Of a stretch of DNA of 64,000 nucleotides, positions 38,999 through 49,120 are shown one piece after another. Position 1 is the stretch's first letter; every line of letters begins with the position of its first letter. Below the pieces are notes generated by a model that saw only the letters and a program-made list of their open reading frames with translations, did not search any database and was not told the DNA's origin. Location of the stretch: NCBI GenBank assembly GCA_963708135.1, contig OY970192.1:5088001-5152000 (forward strand). The letters are read 5' to 3'. Both the position numbers and the translations under genes were made by a program. The stretch comes from an uncultured Gemmatimonadales bacterium. Lineage in GTDB: Bacteria; Gemmatimonadota; Gemmatimonadetes; Longimicrobiales; RSA9.

Positions 38999-40636
38999 GA
39001 GCGTGTCCGAGTAAGCACGCGCGCGCGTGTGCGCACGCGGGGATGTACACGCCGCCTTCGGTGATGTAGTTTGGCGGCAGCCCTTTTCGAGGAGTCTGCC
39101 GCGTGGCGAAAACGTTTCGTCCGTACGATCCGGATCAGCTTCTGGTGCTGCCACCCTCGCTTCGGGAGTGGCTGCCGCCCGAGCACCTGGTCTACTTCGT
39201 GAGCGACCTGGTGGACACCCTGGATCTCTCGCGGATCTACGACAGCTACGACGAGGAGCGGGGCTATCCGCCCTACCACCCGCTGCTGATGACGAAGCTC
39301 ATCCTCTATGGGCAGGTGGTGGGCGTGCGCAGCTCGCGGAAGATGCAGCGGGCGTGCCTGGAAGACGTGGCGTTCCGGGTCGTGTGCGCCGGGGCGAGCC
39401 CGGACTTCCGTACGGTCGCGGATTTCCGCAAGCGGCACCTCAAGGCGCTGGCGGACCTGTTCACGCAGGTGCTCCAGCTGTGCAAAGCGGCGGGGCTGGT
39501 CAAGCTGGGGCACGTGGCGATCGACGGCACGAAGGTCAAGGGGAACGCGAGCAAGCACAAGGCGATGAGCTACTCGCGCATGGTGGAGGAGGAGAAGCGG
39601 CTGAGGGCTGAGGTGAACCGTCTGTTGGCGCAAGCCGCGGCGGAGGACGCGGAAGAGGACCGGCGCTACGGCAAGGACTCGGCCGGCGAGGAGCTTCCGG
39701 AAGAGCTGCGGCGCCGTGAGAGCCGGCTGAAGAAGATCCAGGAAGCGAAGGCGGCGCTGGAAGCCCAGGTCCGGGGCCAGGCCAAGGCGGCGGGCATGGA
39801 GAAGCCCGAGGAGGCGAAGCCGGAGGGCAAGGCGCAGCGCAACTTCACCGATCCGGAGAGCCGGATTATGCTGAACAGCGAGAAGACCTTCGTGCAGGGC
39901 TATAACGCCCAACTCGCCGTGGACGCCGAGCACCAGATCGTCGTGGCCGAGGACGTGGTGCAGCAGAGCAACGATAAGAACTTGCTGGTGCCGATGGTGG
40001 AAGCCGTTTGTGATACTGTAGGCGAGACGCCGGAGGCGGTGAGCGCGGACGCGGGCTACTGGACGGAGGCGGACATCGAGCGGCTCGAGTGGTACGAGAT
40101 CGACGTCTACGTGGCGCCGGAGAAGGTGCGTCACCGCGAGTGGCGTGAGGGGCCGCGGAGCGAGGGGCCGCCGCCGGCGGACGCGAGCACGAAGGAGCGC
40201 ATGCGGCACAAGCTGCGGACCGCCGAAGGCCGCGCGCAGTACGACCGCCGCAAGGTCACCGTCGAGCCGGTGTGCGGGCAGATGAAGGATGTGATCGGAC
40301 TGAGGCACTTCCTCCTGCGCGGTCACGAGAACGTGCGCGGTGAATGGCGCCTCGGCTGCACCGCACACAACCTGCTCAAGCTCTTCCGGGCGTGCCGTGC
40401 GGGGGTGACCTCCATCGACGAGGTGCTCGCCGCGGCGAAAGCGGGGCTCCATGTGGTAGTGGCCCCCGCCTGAGCGCCCCGATCGGGCGTAATGCGCCCG
40501 GTACAGAGCCGGAGAGGCGCCGAACACGGGGCGTGGGACCCGGGCGCACATCGATTGGGGCCGTCCCGGTCCCCGCCTACCCCGGCCGCGACCGGCCCAG
40601 CGATGGTTCGCGGCCATTACGGAGACGGGCTCCTAG
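38995..40636 (+). mobile_element. IS1182-family IS
   Basis: Imperfect IR CTAGGAGCGTGTCCGAGTAA versus CTAGGAGCCCGTCTCCGTAA; CTAG at both ends. Confidence 0.85.
39103..40473 (+). CDS. IS1182-family transposase
   Basis: PPSLREWLPPEH, PPYHP, PDFRTVADFR, AIDGTKVKGNAS, TDPESR, GYNAQ, SADAGY, VEPVCG. Confidence 0.9.
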   Translation: MAKTFRPYDPDQLLVLPPSLREWLPPEHLVYFVSDLVDTLDLSRIYDSYDEERGYPPYHPLLMTKLILYGQVVGVRSSRKMQRACLEDVAFRVVCAGASPDFRTVADFRKRHLKALADLFTQVLQLCKAAGLVKLGHVAIDGTKVKGNASKHKAMSYSRMVEEEKRLRAEVNRLLAQAAAEDAEEDRRYGKDSAGEELPEELRRRESRLKKIQEAKAALEAQVRGQAKAAGMEKPEEAKPEGKAQRNFTDPESRIMLNSEKTFVQGYNAQLAVDAEHQIVVAEDVVQQSNDKNLLVPMVEAVCDTVGETPEAVSADAGYWTEADIERLEWYEIDVYVAPEKVRHREWREGPRSEGPPPADASTKERMRHKLRTAEGRAQYDRRKVTVEPVCGQMKDVIGLRHFLLRGHENVRGEWRLGCTAHNLLKLFRACRAGVTSIDEVLAAAKAGLHVVVAPA

Positions 40637-41706
40637 ACGGCTACCAGGGCCGTGTCTACCGCCCATCCCCAGGGGTTCGCCGCAACGGCGGAAACACCCT
40701 TCTATGCCCTCATCCGGGATCACTGGAGTCCGTCCGCGCCCGGTACGAGAGATACCGCCGTCGGTTCGTAATCGAGAGTAAGGACAAGGCGGTGAAGGTC
40801 ACGTTTCAGCGCCCACCGCGGCCGAGCTTGCGGCCGGTTCTCTACGGCAGTCCGCCATCGCGTTATGTCTATGAATTGCGTACTTCGAGCGCTGAGGCAG
40901 CCTTCGCGCCGTGGCCTTTATCTGCAGCGTCCCGGCTGATTGTCTGTCTTCGCGATGCAGCCGTCGAACGCCTCACGGCAGCGCTACCAACCAGACGCCG
41001 CGATATCGAACGCGTACTAGTGGGCCGCAGGCCTGACGGCGCGAACGCCGGTCCGACAGAGGAGCGAGTGAGAATCGTTCCCCTACCATCCATCGGGCAT
41101 CCCCACGCTGATCGGGAGGTCCGGCGTGTAATCGTGGAAGTGCCGCCAGCATGTCCGCTCGGAACGGACGACGTGAGGTGGGCGTTCTCGGGCCTTGAAC
41201 CGGTTGATATGGGCACGGGCGAGGTACACGCCGTGATCCTGACGCCGACGACCGACGAGAGCATGCTCATGCACTATGGTATCGGCGGCAAGGTCGACCC
41301 TGCACTCGCGTGGCGCACCGTGACTCCGGCGGCGCTTCCGTGGCTGCCAGTGGCCGGACGCGCGCACACCCGGCACGCGCCCTCTGGCGGCATAGAGCGC
41401 CGCGAACAACTAGAAAGTGCAGCCGGTGCCGTGATTCAGGCGCTTCGGCACGTTGACGTTCGTGCGCGCGTCAATAGAATCCGGGTCCAGCGTGAACCAT
41501 TCGAGGGCAATGGTGAACGCGCCGGGGCGTTCGCTCCTGGCACGCGTTTCCCGAGGGAGCGCCTCTGGCACGTTCAGATCACCTTCGATGATCCCGTGTC
41601 TGGGCCGTTGATCATCGGAAATGGCCGATTCCTTGGGCTCGGCGTGATGAGGTCATTAGCGTCGGATCGGTCGACACTCTGCGGGTCGCAGGATGGGATC
41701 TGGTGA
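40637..41706 (+). pseudogene. csb2: C-terminal (Cas6-like) half of a divergent Csb2
   Basis: RIVPLPSIGHPHADREVRR, WRTVTPAALP, GTRFPRERLWHV, GPLIIGNGRFLGLG; N-terminal half absent. Confidence 0.8.
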
Positions 41707-41940
41707 AGGCGCGAGATTCACCCATTTGCGTGGCTCGGTCGGGTGCACGCCTGGTTGCAGATGTCGCTAGGGCGAACGGAGAACTTGGCGGGACGAGATG
41801 ACGGGATCTGGTAGTTCGACGGGTTTTACCCGTCCGTCCCAGACGTCACCCGGATCGCTTGACAGCGTAGCCCCGTGCCACGCACTCGTCGAACGGCACA
41901 TATACATTTGAGGCTGATCCGGGATGTCCTCGCAAACAGC

Positions 41941-42264
41941 ATGATCGACGCCGAGTGCCGCATAATACACGAGATCGTGCAACGGCTCACCCGCGTCAGC
42001 CGCCCGGGCCGCACCATCCTGTTCGGCTCGGCCGCCATGGGGGGGATGACGGCGGACAGCGACATCGACGTGCTGATCGTGGAGCCGGAGATCGAGGAAG
42101 CGCGATCGGAGAGCCGGCGGCTCCGCGAGGCACTGGCGGGCCTCGGTAGCGCGCTCGACGTAATCGTGATGAGCACGGAGCGGTTCGAGGAGACGAAGGG
42201 CCTGATCGGAGGAATCGCGTATCCCGCGAACAAGTACGGGAAGTTCATCTATGAAGCCACCTGA
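41941..42264 (+). CDS. MNT, diverged duplicate of 25687..26007; HEPN partner truncated after ~17 codons
   Basis: Near-identical protein; followed by MKPPEAVRREFV, then homology breaks. Confidence 0.75.
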   Translation: MIDAECRIIHEIVQRLTRVSRPGRTILFGSAAMGGMTADSDIDVLIVEPEIEEARSESRRLREALAGLGSALDVIVMSTERFEETKGLIGGIAYPANKYGKFIYEAT

Positions 42265-42304
42265 GGCTGTCAGGCGCGAGTTCGTCCCGGATTGCATCGA
42301 CAAC

Positions 42305-42467
42305 GGAAGCGACGTGGACGGTGGATCCCTCTCTGGGGCTCCGGTTCGTGGATCTCGCCGAGCGAATCGAGGCCTTGCTCGGTGTCCGGACCGAGGTCGT
42401 CTCACGCCGGGCGATCCGAGCCGGTCATTGGCCCGAGATCGAGAAGGATGTGATTGACGTCGCGTAG
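42305..42467 (+). pseudogene. C-terminal remnant of another MNT (not in the ORF track)
   Basis: GSDVD, then in another frame VDPSLGLRFVDLAERIEALLGVRTEVVSRRAIRAGHWPEIEKDVIDVA*. Confidence 0.55.
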
Positions 42468-42545
42468 GCCGACGCGCCAGCGACTCACCACCCCCGCCGC
42501 CCGATCCTGCGGTCCTCCCCGGGCCCCCCAGACCCGGAGCACATC

Positions 42546-44399
42546 ATGCCGGAGAAGGATCCCAAGCAGAGTCGACCGAAACCCCGCCGCTGGTCCTCGG
42601 GCAAGGCCAGGCCGCCCGCGGATGGCGACGGCGCGAGCCCGGCGCAGGCGACGGCGCCGCCGCCCGCCCCCGGCGCCGCGACCCGCTCCGCCGACGGCGA
42701 GCCGCCGGACCTCCTCCCCGTCCGCATGCTCAACGAGTTCGTCTACTGTCCTCGGCTCTTCCACCTCATGCACGTCGAGGGGTGGTGGGCGGACAACGTC
42801 TACACGGAGGAAGGCAAGCACGTCCACCGGCGCGTGGACCGCTTCGACGACGTGCTGCCGGCGCCGGAGGCCGCACCGAAGAAGGCGCAAGCGGAGGACG
42901 GCGGGGACGAGCCGCCGGCCGTCAGCCGGTCCGTGAACCTCGGGAGCGAGAGGCTGGGGCTCGTCGCCAAGCTCGACCTGGTCTCGACGGCGGGCGAGGA
43001 AGCGGTTCCGGTCGAGACCAAGCGCGGCCGGGTGCCCTCGAACCCGGAGCGCTCGTGGGAGCCGGAACGCGTTCAGCTCATGGCGCAGGGGCTGCTGCTG
43101 CGCGAGCACGGGTTCCGCTGCGACCACGGCGTGCTCTACTTCGCCGGCTCCCGCACGCGCGTGGACATCGCGTTCACGCCGGAGCTCGAGGCGAGCACCT
43201 TCCACTACCTCGAGCGGGCGCGGGCGGCGGCGCGCAGCACCGTGCTCCCCGACCCGCTGGACGACAGCCCCAAGTGCAACGGCTGCTCCCTCAGCGGGAT
43301 CTGTCTGCCGGACGAGACGCTGGCGCTGCGCGAGGTGCCGGCGGACCCGGCGTCGTCGCCGGAAGGCAACGTACGCCGGCTCTATCCGTCGCGGGCCGGG
43401 TCGCTGCCGCTCTACGTGCAGACGCAGGGCGCACGCGTGGGGAAGCGCGGCGAGGTGGTCGTCGTGCAGAAGCAGGACGAGGAGCTGGGGCGCGTGCGGT
43501 TGAAGGACCTCGATCACCTCGTGCTGTGCGGCAACATCAGCGTCAGCGCGCAGACCGTCCACCTGCTGTGCGACGCCGGGATCCCGATCGTCCACCTCTC
43601 GCGCGGGCACTGGTTCCACGGCATCACGCGCGGGATCACGCTCCGGAACGCCTACGACCGCGCGGCGCAGTTCCAGGCCGCCGCGCGTCCCGAGCGGTGC
43701 CTCGAGTTTGCACGGGCCGTGGTGCTGGCCAAGGCGACGAACCAGCGCACCATGCTCCGCCGCAACGCGACGCCCAGGCCCGATGCCGCGCTCGCGCGCA
43801 TGAAGCGGCTGCTCCGCGACGTCGCCGGCGCGTCCTCCGTGGAGTCGCTGCTCGGGCTCGAGGGCGCCCTGGCCGCGCACTACTTCGAGCACTTCGGCCG
43901 CATGCTCCGGCCGCGCGACTTCGATGCCGAGTGGGACTTCGCGAGCCGCAACCGCCGGCCGCCGCGCGACCCGGTCAACGCGCTGCTCTCCTTCGGCTAC
44001 GCGCTCCTCGCCAAGGAGTGCACGGTGGCCATCATGAGCGAGGGACTCGACCCCTGGTGGGGCCTGTTCCACCAGCCGCGCCATGGCCGCCCCGCGCTGG
44101 CGCTGGACCTCATGGAGGAGTTCCGGCCGCTCGTGGTGGACAGCGCCGTGATCACCGCCGTGAACACCGGCATGGTCACGGCCAGCGACTTCACGACCGG
44201 CGCGTCCGGCTGCGCGCTGCGCGACGGCGCGCGCAAGGCGTTCATCAACGCGTACGAGGCGCGGCTGGACCAGCTCGTCAGCCATCCGACGTTCGGCTAC
44301 CGCTGCTCCTGGCGCGCGATCATCCGCGTCCAGGCCAAGCTCCTCGCACGCTGGCTCCGGGGCGACGTCCCCGATTACGTCGGCGTCGTCACGCGGTGA
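42546..44399 (+). CDS. cas1: Cas4-Cas1 fusion
   Basis: Cas4: YCPRLF, KLDLV, PVETKRG, KCNGCSLSGICLPDE. Cas1: LLGLEG, RNRRPPRDPVNALLSFGY, ALDLMEEFRP. Confidence 0.95.
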   Translation: MPEKDPKQSRPKPRRWSSGKARPPADGDGASPAQATAPPPAPGAATRSADGEPPDLLPVRMLNEFVYCPRLFHLMHVEGWWADNVYTEEGKHVHRRVDRFDDVLPAPEAAPKKAQAEDGGDEPPAVSRSVNLGSERLGLVAKLDLVSTAGEEAVPVETKRGRVPSNPERSWEPERVQLMAQGLLLREHGFRCDHGVLYFAGSRTRVDIAFTPELEASTFHYLERARAAARSTVLPDPLDDSPKCNGCSLSGICLPDETLALREVPADPASSPEGNVRRLYPSRAGSLPLYVQTQGARVGKRGEVVVVQKQDEELGRVRLKDLDHLVLCGNISVSAQTVHLLCDAGIPIVHLSRGHWFHGITRGITLRNAYDRAAQFQAAARPERCLEFARAVVLAKATNQRTMLRRNATPRPDAALARMKRLLRDVAGASSVESLLGLEGALAAHYFEHFGRMLRPRDFDAEWDFASRNRRPPRDPVNALLSFGYALLAKECTVAIMSEGLDPWWGLFHQPRHGRPALALDLMEEFRPLVVDSAVITAVNTGMVTASDFTTGASGCALRDGARKAFINAYEARLDQLVSHPTFGYRCSWRAIIRVQAKLLARWLRGDVPDYVGVVTR

Positions 44400-44406
44400 G
44401 GCCGCC

Positions 44407-44697
44407 ATGCCACGTCGCCATTATCTGGTCACCTACGACATCTCGGACGACAAGCGCCGCGACCGCGTCTTCAACACCTTGCACGGCTTCGGCAATCACG
44501 TACAATATTCGGTGTTCCTGTGCGAGCTGGACGCGCAGGACCTGGTGCGGCTTCGGGGACGCCTCGCCGGCGAGGTGAACCACCACGAGGACCAGGTGCT
44601 GGTGCTCGACCTCGGCCGCTCGATCCACCCGCTCGAGCAGATCATCGACTCGATCGGCCGCGCGCTCGATGTCCGGCCCCCCGCGCTCGTGGTGTGA
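44407..44697 (+). CDS. cas2: Cas2
   Basis: YLVTYDISDDKRR, VQYSVF, DQVLVLDLG. Confidence 0.95.
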   Translation: MPRRHYLVTYDISDDKRRDRVFNTLHGFGNHVQYSVFLCELDAQDLVRLRGRLAGEVNHHEDQVLVLDLGRSIHPLEQIIDSIGRALDVRPPALVV

Positions 44698-44885
44698 GCC
44701 GGTCCGGCCCCTCGTGCGAGCGGCCCCGTTGTTTGAAAATCCGGGTAACCGCTCGAAGGTGTTGTCCCATGCGACGTTCCACGCTCCTCGAACCCGGTGC
44801 GCCGACCGCTTCCCGCGCCGATCCGAGGGCCCACTCGCTTTCGGGCCCGCAGGTCGGCTCGTGGCAGCAGGTTGGAACCACCGGC
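44698..44885 (+). promoter_or_regulatory. CRISPR leader
   Basis: Non-coding, between cas2 and the first repeat; the degenerate repeats lie at the opposite end. Confidence 0.75.
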
Positions 44886-47794
44886 ATCTCCGCGCTCTTC
44901 GGGGCGCGGCCTCATTGAAGCGGCGCCGGACCCCGGAGCCCCATGGGCCGCCCTCCTATCTCCGCGCTCTTCGGGGCGCGGCCTCATTGAAGCACAGACA
45001 GTTGGAAGCGCCGGCGTCAATAAGACGACATCTCCGCGCTCTTCGGGGCGCGGCCTCATTGAAGCTGAGCTTCCCTGCACTCGACCAGGTCGAGACCGTG
45101 ATCATCTCCGCGCTCTTCGGGGCGCGGCCTCATTGAAGCCCGACATCCGCGACCTGATGGCGTGGGACGAGCGCAAGAATCTCCGCGCTCTTCGGGGCGC
45201 GGCCTCATTGAAGCGCGGCCTCAGTCATAGGCCATCGCCTCCCGCGCAGCGCTATCTCCGCGCTCTTCGGGGCGCGGCCTCATTGAAGCCAGCGTACGTC
45301 GAAGCGGCAAACGCGACGGCTTTGCGATCTCCGCGCTCTTCGGGGCGCGGCCTCATTGAAGCACGCAGGCCGAAGTCGATGCGCTGGTGGCGGCCGAGAT
45401 CTCCGCGCTCTTCGGGGCGCGGCCTCATTGAAGCGAGGCGGGCGAAGGCGCCCAGCACGGCGCGTCCGATCATCTCCGCGCTCTTCGGGGCGCGGCCTCA
45501 TTGAAGCGCGGCCGGGGTCGGGTCTACTCGTCCTTTTTGGCCAATCTCCGCGCTCTTCGGGGCGCGGCCTCATTGAAGCGTACGGCGAGACGCCGAGGTC
45601 GGGATCGACGTGACGACATCTCCGCGCTCTTCGGGGCGCGGCCTCATTGAAGCTCGGCAATCGACAGCGTTTTCGCGTTGACCTGCACCCCATCTCCGCG
45701 CTCTTCGGGGCGCGGCCTCATTGAAGCGCGGCGAAAGCGAGGACACGAAGACGTTCACGCAGATCTCCGCGCTCTTCGGGGCGCGGCCTCATTGAAGCAG
45801 CCAGCCACGCCCGCATGGCAGGCGCGGACCTGTTCATCTCCGCGCTCTTCGGGGCGCGGCCTCATTGAAGCGATCTCGTGCCCCGTGTGGGCGCGGAATT
45901 TCGCCACCAATCTCCGCGCTCTTCGGGGCGCGGCCTCATTGAAGCAACATCAGCCAAACGTAAGGGCGCTGGGGTCGGGCGATCTCCGCGCTCTTCGGGG
46001 CGCGGCCTCATTGAAGCATCCCGGCCAGCGCCAGCATCGAGCGGACCCGCCGCCCATCTCCGCGCTCTTCGGGGCGCGGCCTCATTGAAGCCCCGATTGC
46101 AGCGTTCGGCCCGCCGTGCGCAACATTCGGATCTCCGCGCTCTTCGGGGCGCGGCCTCATTGAAGCTAGACCCGGTGGTGGTCCGGCTGACCCTCCCACT
46201 CGGATCTCCGCGCTCTTCGGGGCGCGGCCTCATTGAAGCACATGGAGAAGGCGGGCAAGCGGGCGCAGAAGCTCATCTCCGCGCTCTTCGGGGCGCGGCC
46301 TCATTGAAGCTACCTGCTCGCGACGATTGAGGTACTCGATGCCACACCATCTCCGCGCTCTTCGGGGCGCGGCCTCATTGAAGCTCACCGGACACCGTCC
46401 TGCCGCAGCCGCGCCCCCGCCCATCTCCGCGCTCTTCGGGGCGCGGCCTCATTGAAGCGCGTACACCGTCTGGGACCCGGCCGCCCCGGCGAGCATCTCC
46501 GCGCTCTTCGGGGCGCGGCCTCATTGAAGCCACGCCTCCAGAGCGGCGTCGAGGGTCTGTCGTTATCTCCGCGCTCTTCGGGGCGCGGCCTCATTGAAGC
46601 GTGCTGATCCTGAGCGAGGAGGCGTAGCAATGGTGAGATCTCCGCGCTCTTCGGGGCGCGGCCTCATTGAAGCGGGCCGAGCACGAGCGCGCTCTGCACC
46701 GGTTGGCCGATCTCCGCGCTCTTCGGGGCGCGGCCTCATTGAAGCTCATGATGGCCTCCCGGGCAAGACGGGGATGTAGCATCTCCGCGCTCTTCGGGGC
46801 GCGGCCTCATTGAAGCTCATAGGTCTTGATCCTGAGCTTGATCTTGGCGCGCATCTCCGCGCTCTTCGGGGCGCGGCCTCATTGAAGCGCCGGCGCCCGC
46901 GGCGTGCTCATCGACGAGGTGGGTGATCTCCGCGCTCTTCGGGGCGCGGCCTCATTGAAGCCTCGCTCTCGAGACGCGCTACGCGCCGCTCGGCCAATCT
47001 CCGCGCTCTTCGGGGCGCGGCCTCATTGAAGCTCGAGCGCCGGACGACCGTCACCCCTCCACCGGCGACATCTCCGCGCTCTTCGGGGCGCGGCCTCATT
47101 GAAGCGACGTCGCCGTATCGCTCGCGTTCGGTGCGTACCTGCATCTCCGCGCTCTTCGGGGCGCGGCCTCATTGAAGCACGAGGGCCGCAACGGCATAGA
47201 TGCCGCGGAGAGCGCGATCTCCGCGCTCTTCGGGGCGCGGCCTCATTGAAGCCATTAGTAAATCCTGTCGAGAACGCTGTAACGCTAGATCTCCGCGCTC
47301 TTCGGGGCGCGGCCTCATTGAAGCCGGTCACGCGCAAGCGCCCGGTCCAGGCCGACAACGCATCTCCGCGCTCTTCGGGGCGCGGCCTCATTGAAGCAGC
47401 CGTCGCCAACATCGAGAGCGGCAGGCAGCGGGTGATCTCCGCGCTCTTCGGGGCGCGGCCTCATTGAAGCATCTCGACGGCGCCCGGCCCCTCATGGGGC
47501 TCCATCAATCTCCGCGCTCTTCGGGGCGCGGCCTCATTGAAGCCTCGCCTCTCCGCAGCCCTCGACCAGTTCGGGGCGATCTCCGCGCTCTTCGGGGCGC
47601 GGCCTCATTGAAGCCGACACGATCGAGACGGCTGCGGCCGGGCGCTTCAATCTCCGCGCTCTTCGGGGCGCGGCCTCATTGAAGCAAGTAGGTGAGAAAG
47701 TTGGAACAGACGAGATGCAGTCATCTCCGCGCTCTTCGGGGCGCGGCCTCATTGAAGCGATGCACAAATTCTAGTACTAATACATATCAATATT

Positions 47795-49120
47795 CAGTAG
47801 TGTCCCGTCATAAGTCAAAGAGCTGCAACTGGTTACGAATATCGGCGTCTGTGGCAGCGTAGCCGGGTGTCGCAAGTACCTGTGGGAGCGAGACTTGCTC
47901 GAACGGACAGACGCTCAGGATCTGGAGCAAAGTGTAGAGGTCGCGCTGGATGTGCAGCCGTTTTCTCACGATTGCGACGAGCACGTACACACTGATCGCG
48001 ATCCAGATTTGCGTCCGCACGGCGTTGGGGCTCGTTCCATAGAAGCGCTTGATCCGCAGGTGCTGCTTGATCCACTTGAAGAAGAGCTCGATTTGCCAGC
48101 GGCACCGGTACAGGCCGGCGACTGTGGCCGCCGGGAGGAGGAAATCGTTGGTCAGTAGCACGACCTCGTTGCCGGTGTCGGGATCCCGCGAGCGGATGCG
48201 GCGGAGCTTGTCCGGGTAGGCCTGAGCCGAGCGCTGGACCGTCAGGCGGATCGTCTGATCGCAGCGGAGTGCGGTGGTCCGGTCCACGGGATGCGAGTAG
48301 AGCCGGCGGAACTGGAGGTTGGCCTTCGCGCGCACGATAAACGTCGTACGGGCGCGGTGTAAGCGGTGAAGCCGTCCGAAGTCGATGTAGCCGCGGTCCA
48401 TGATGTAGATGGCACCCGGTTCGGGCACGAGCACGTCGAGAATGCGCACGTCGTGCGTCTTCGCGTCCGTAATCCAAGCGTACGAGGGAATGCTGCCGGC
48501 CAGCTGCAGTAGGGTGTGCAGCTTGACGCCCGCCTTCGTGGTGCGGAAGTGCGCCCAAGGGAAGAGCGAGAGAGCCAGATCGATCGTCGTGGCATCGAGC
48601 GCGTAGGCGGTCCGGTCGAGCTCGAGGCCGATCGGTTCGTCCACGTAGAGCTGGCAAGCGCTCGAGATGAGGGGCTGAGCGAAATCGGCGTAGATCCGCC
48701 AGTCGCGCTTCTCGTTCGCCACCGCCAGGGTGTTTCGGGCCACACCGCCGCCGAGGCCCATGTGGTACAACTTGTCGGGCACGGCGCGGAAGCATGCTTC
48801 GATGTCGCGCAGGCTTTCGCGGTAGGTGAGCTGAGCGAAGGCCATGCAGAGGTACTGGTGCCAGCACGTGAAGCTGCGCACCCGTCGATCGCCGTGGTAG
48901 CGCCGGACGGCGCGGCGGAAGGTGTGCCGCGGCAGGTGAGCCATGAGCTGAGCGAAGACGGTCGGTCCGGTGTACATCGGCCACTCCCGGAGTGCAGGGA
49001 AGCGGCACGATGGACCGGGCAGAACGCGCGCTCAAGTCCGTGACACCTGCGAACGTGGCGCAAGCCATTGGTGTTCAGGCACTTGCAGCATCAGAAACAT
49101 CCGTTAACGGGACAGTAGTG
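47795..49120 (-). mobile_element. IS4-family IS inside the CRISPR array
   Basis: 14-bp IR CAGTAGTGTCCCGT versus CACTACTGTCCCGT; 9-bp TSD ATCAATATT (47786-47794, 49121-49129). Confidence 0.92.
47808..48977 (-). CDS. IS4-family transposase (DUF4372 type)
   Basis: MAFAQLTYRESLRDIE, ALDATTIDL, MDRGYIDF, YRCRWQIELFFKWIKQHL. Confidence 0.92.
   Translation of the reverse strand: MYTGPTVFAQLMAHLPRHTFRRAVRRYHGDRRVRSFTCWHQYLCMAFAQLTYRESLRDIEACFRAVPDKLYHMGLGGGVARNTLAVANEKRDWRIYADFAQPLISSACQLYVDEPIGLELDRTAYALDATTIDLALSLFPWAHFRTTKAGVKLHTLLQLAGSIPSYAWITDAKTHDVRILDVLVPEPGAIYIMDRGYIDFGRLHRLHRARTTFIVRAKANLQFRRLYSHPVDRTTALRCDQTIRLTVQRSAQAYPDKLRRIRSRDPDTGNEVVLLTNDFLLPAATVAGLYRCRWQIELFFKWIKQHLRIKRFYGTSPNAVRTQIWIAISVYVLVAIVRKRLHIQRDLYTLLQILSVCPFEQVSLPQVLATPGYAATDADIRNQLQLFDL

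Noticed and set aside
16143..44697. CRISPR-associated transposon (CAST)
   Set aside because: No tnsABC/tniQ; the transposases are ordinary IS elements with their own ends, and cas3 is present.
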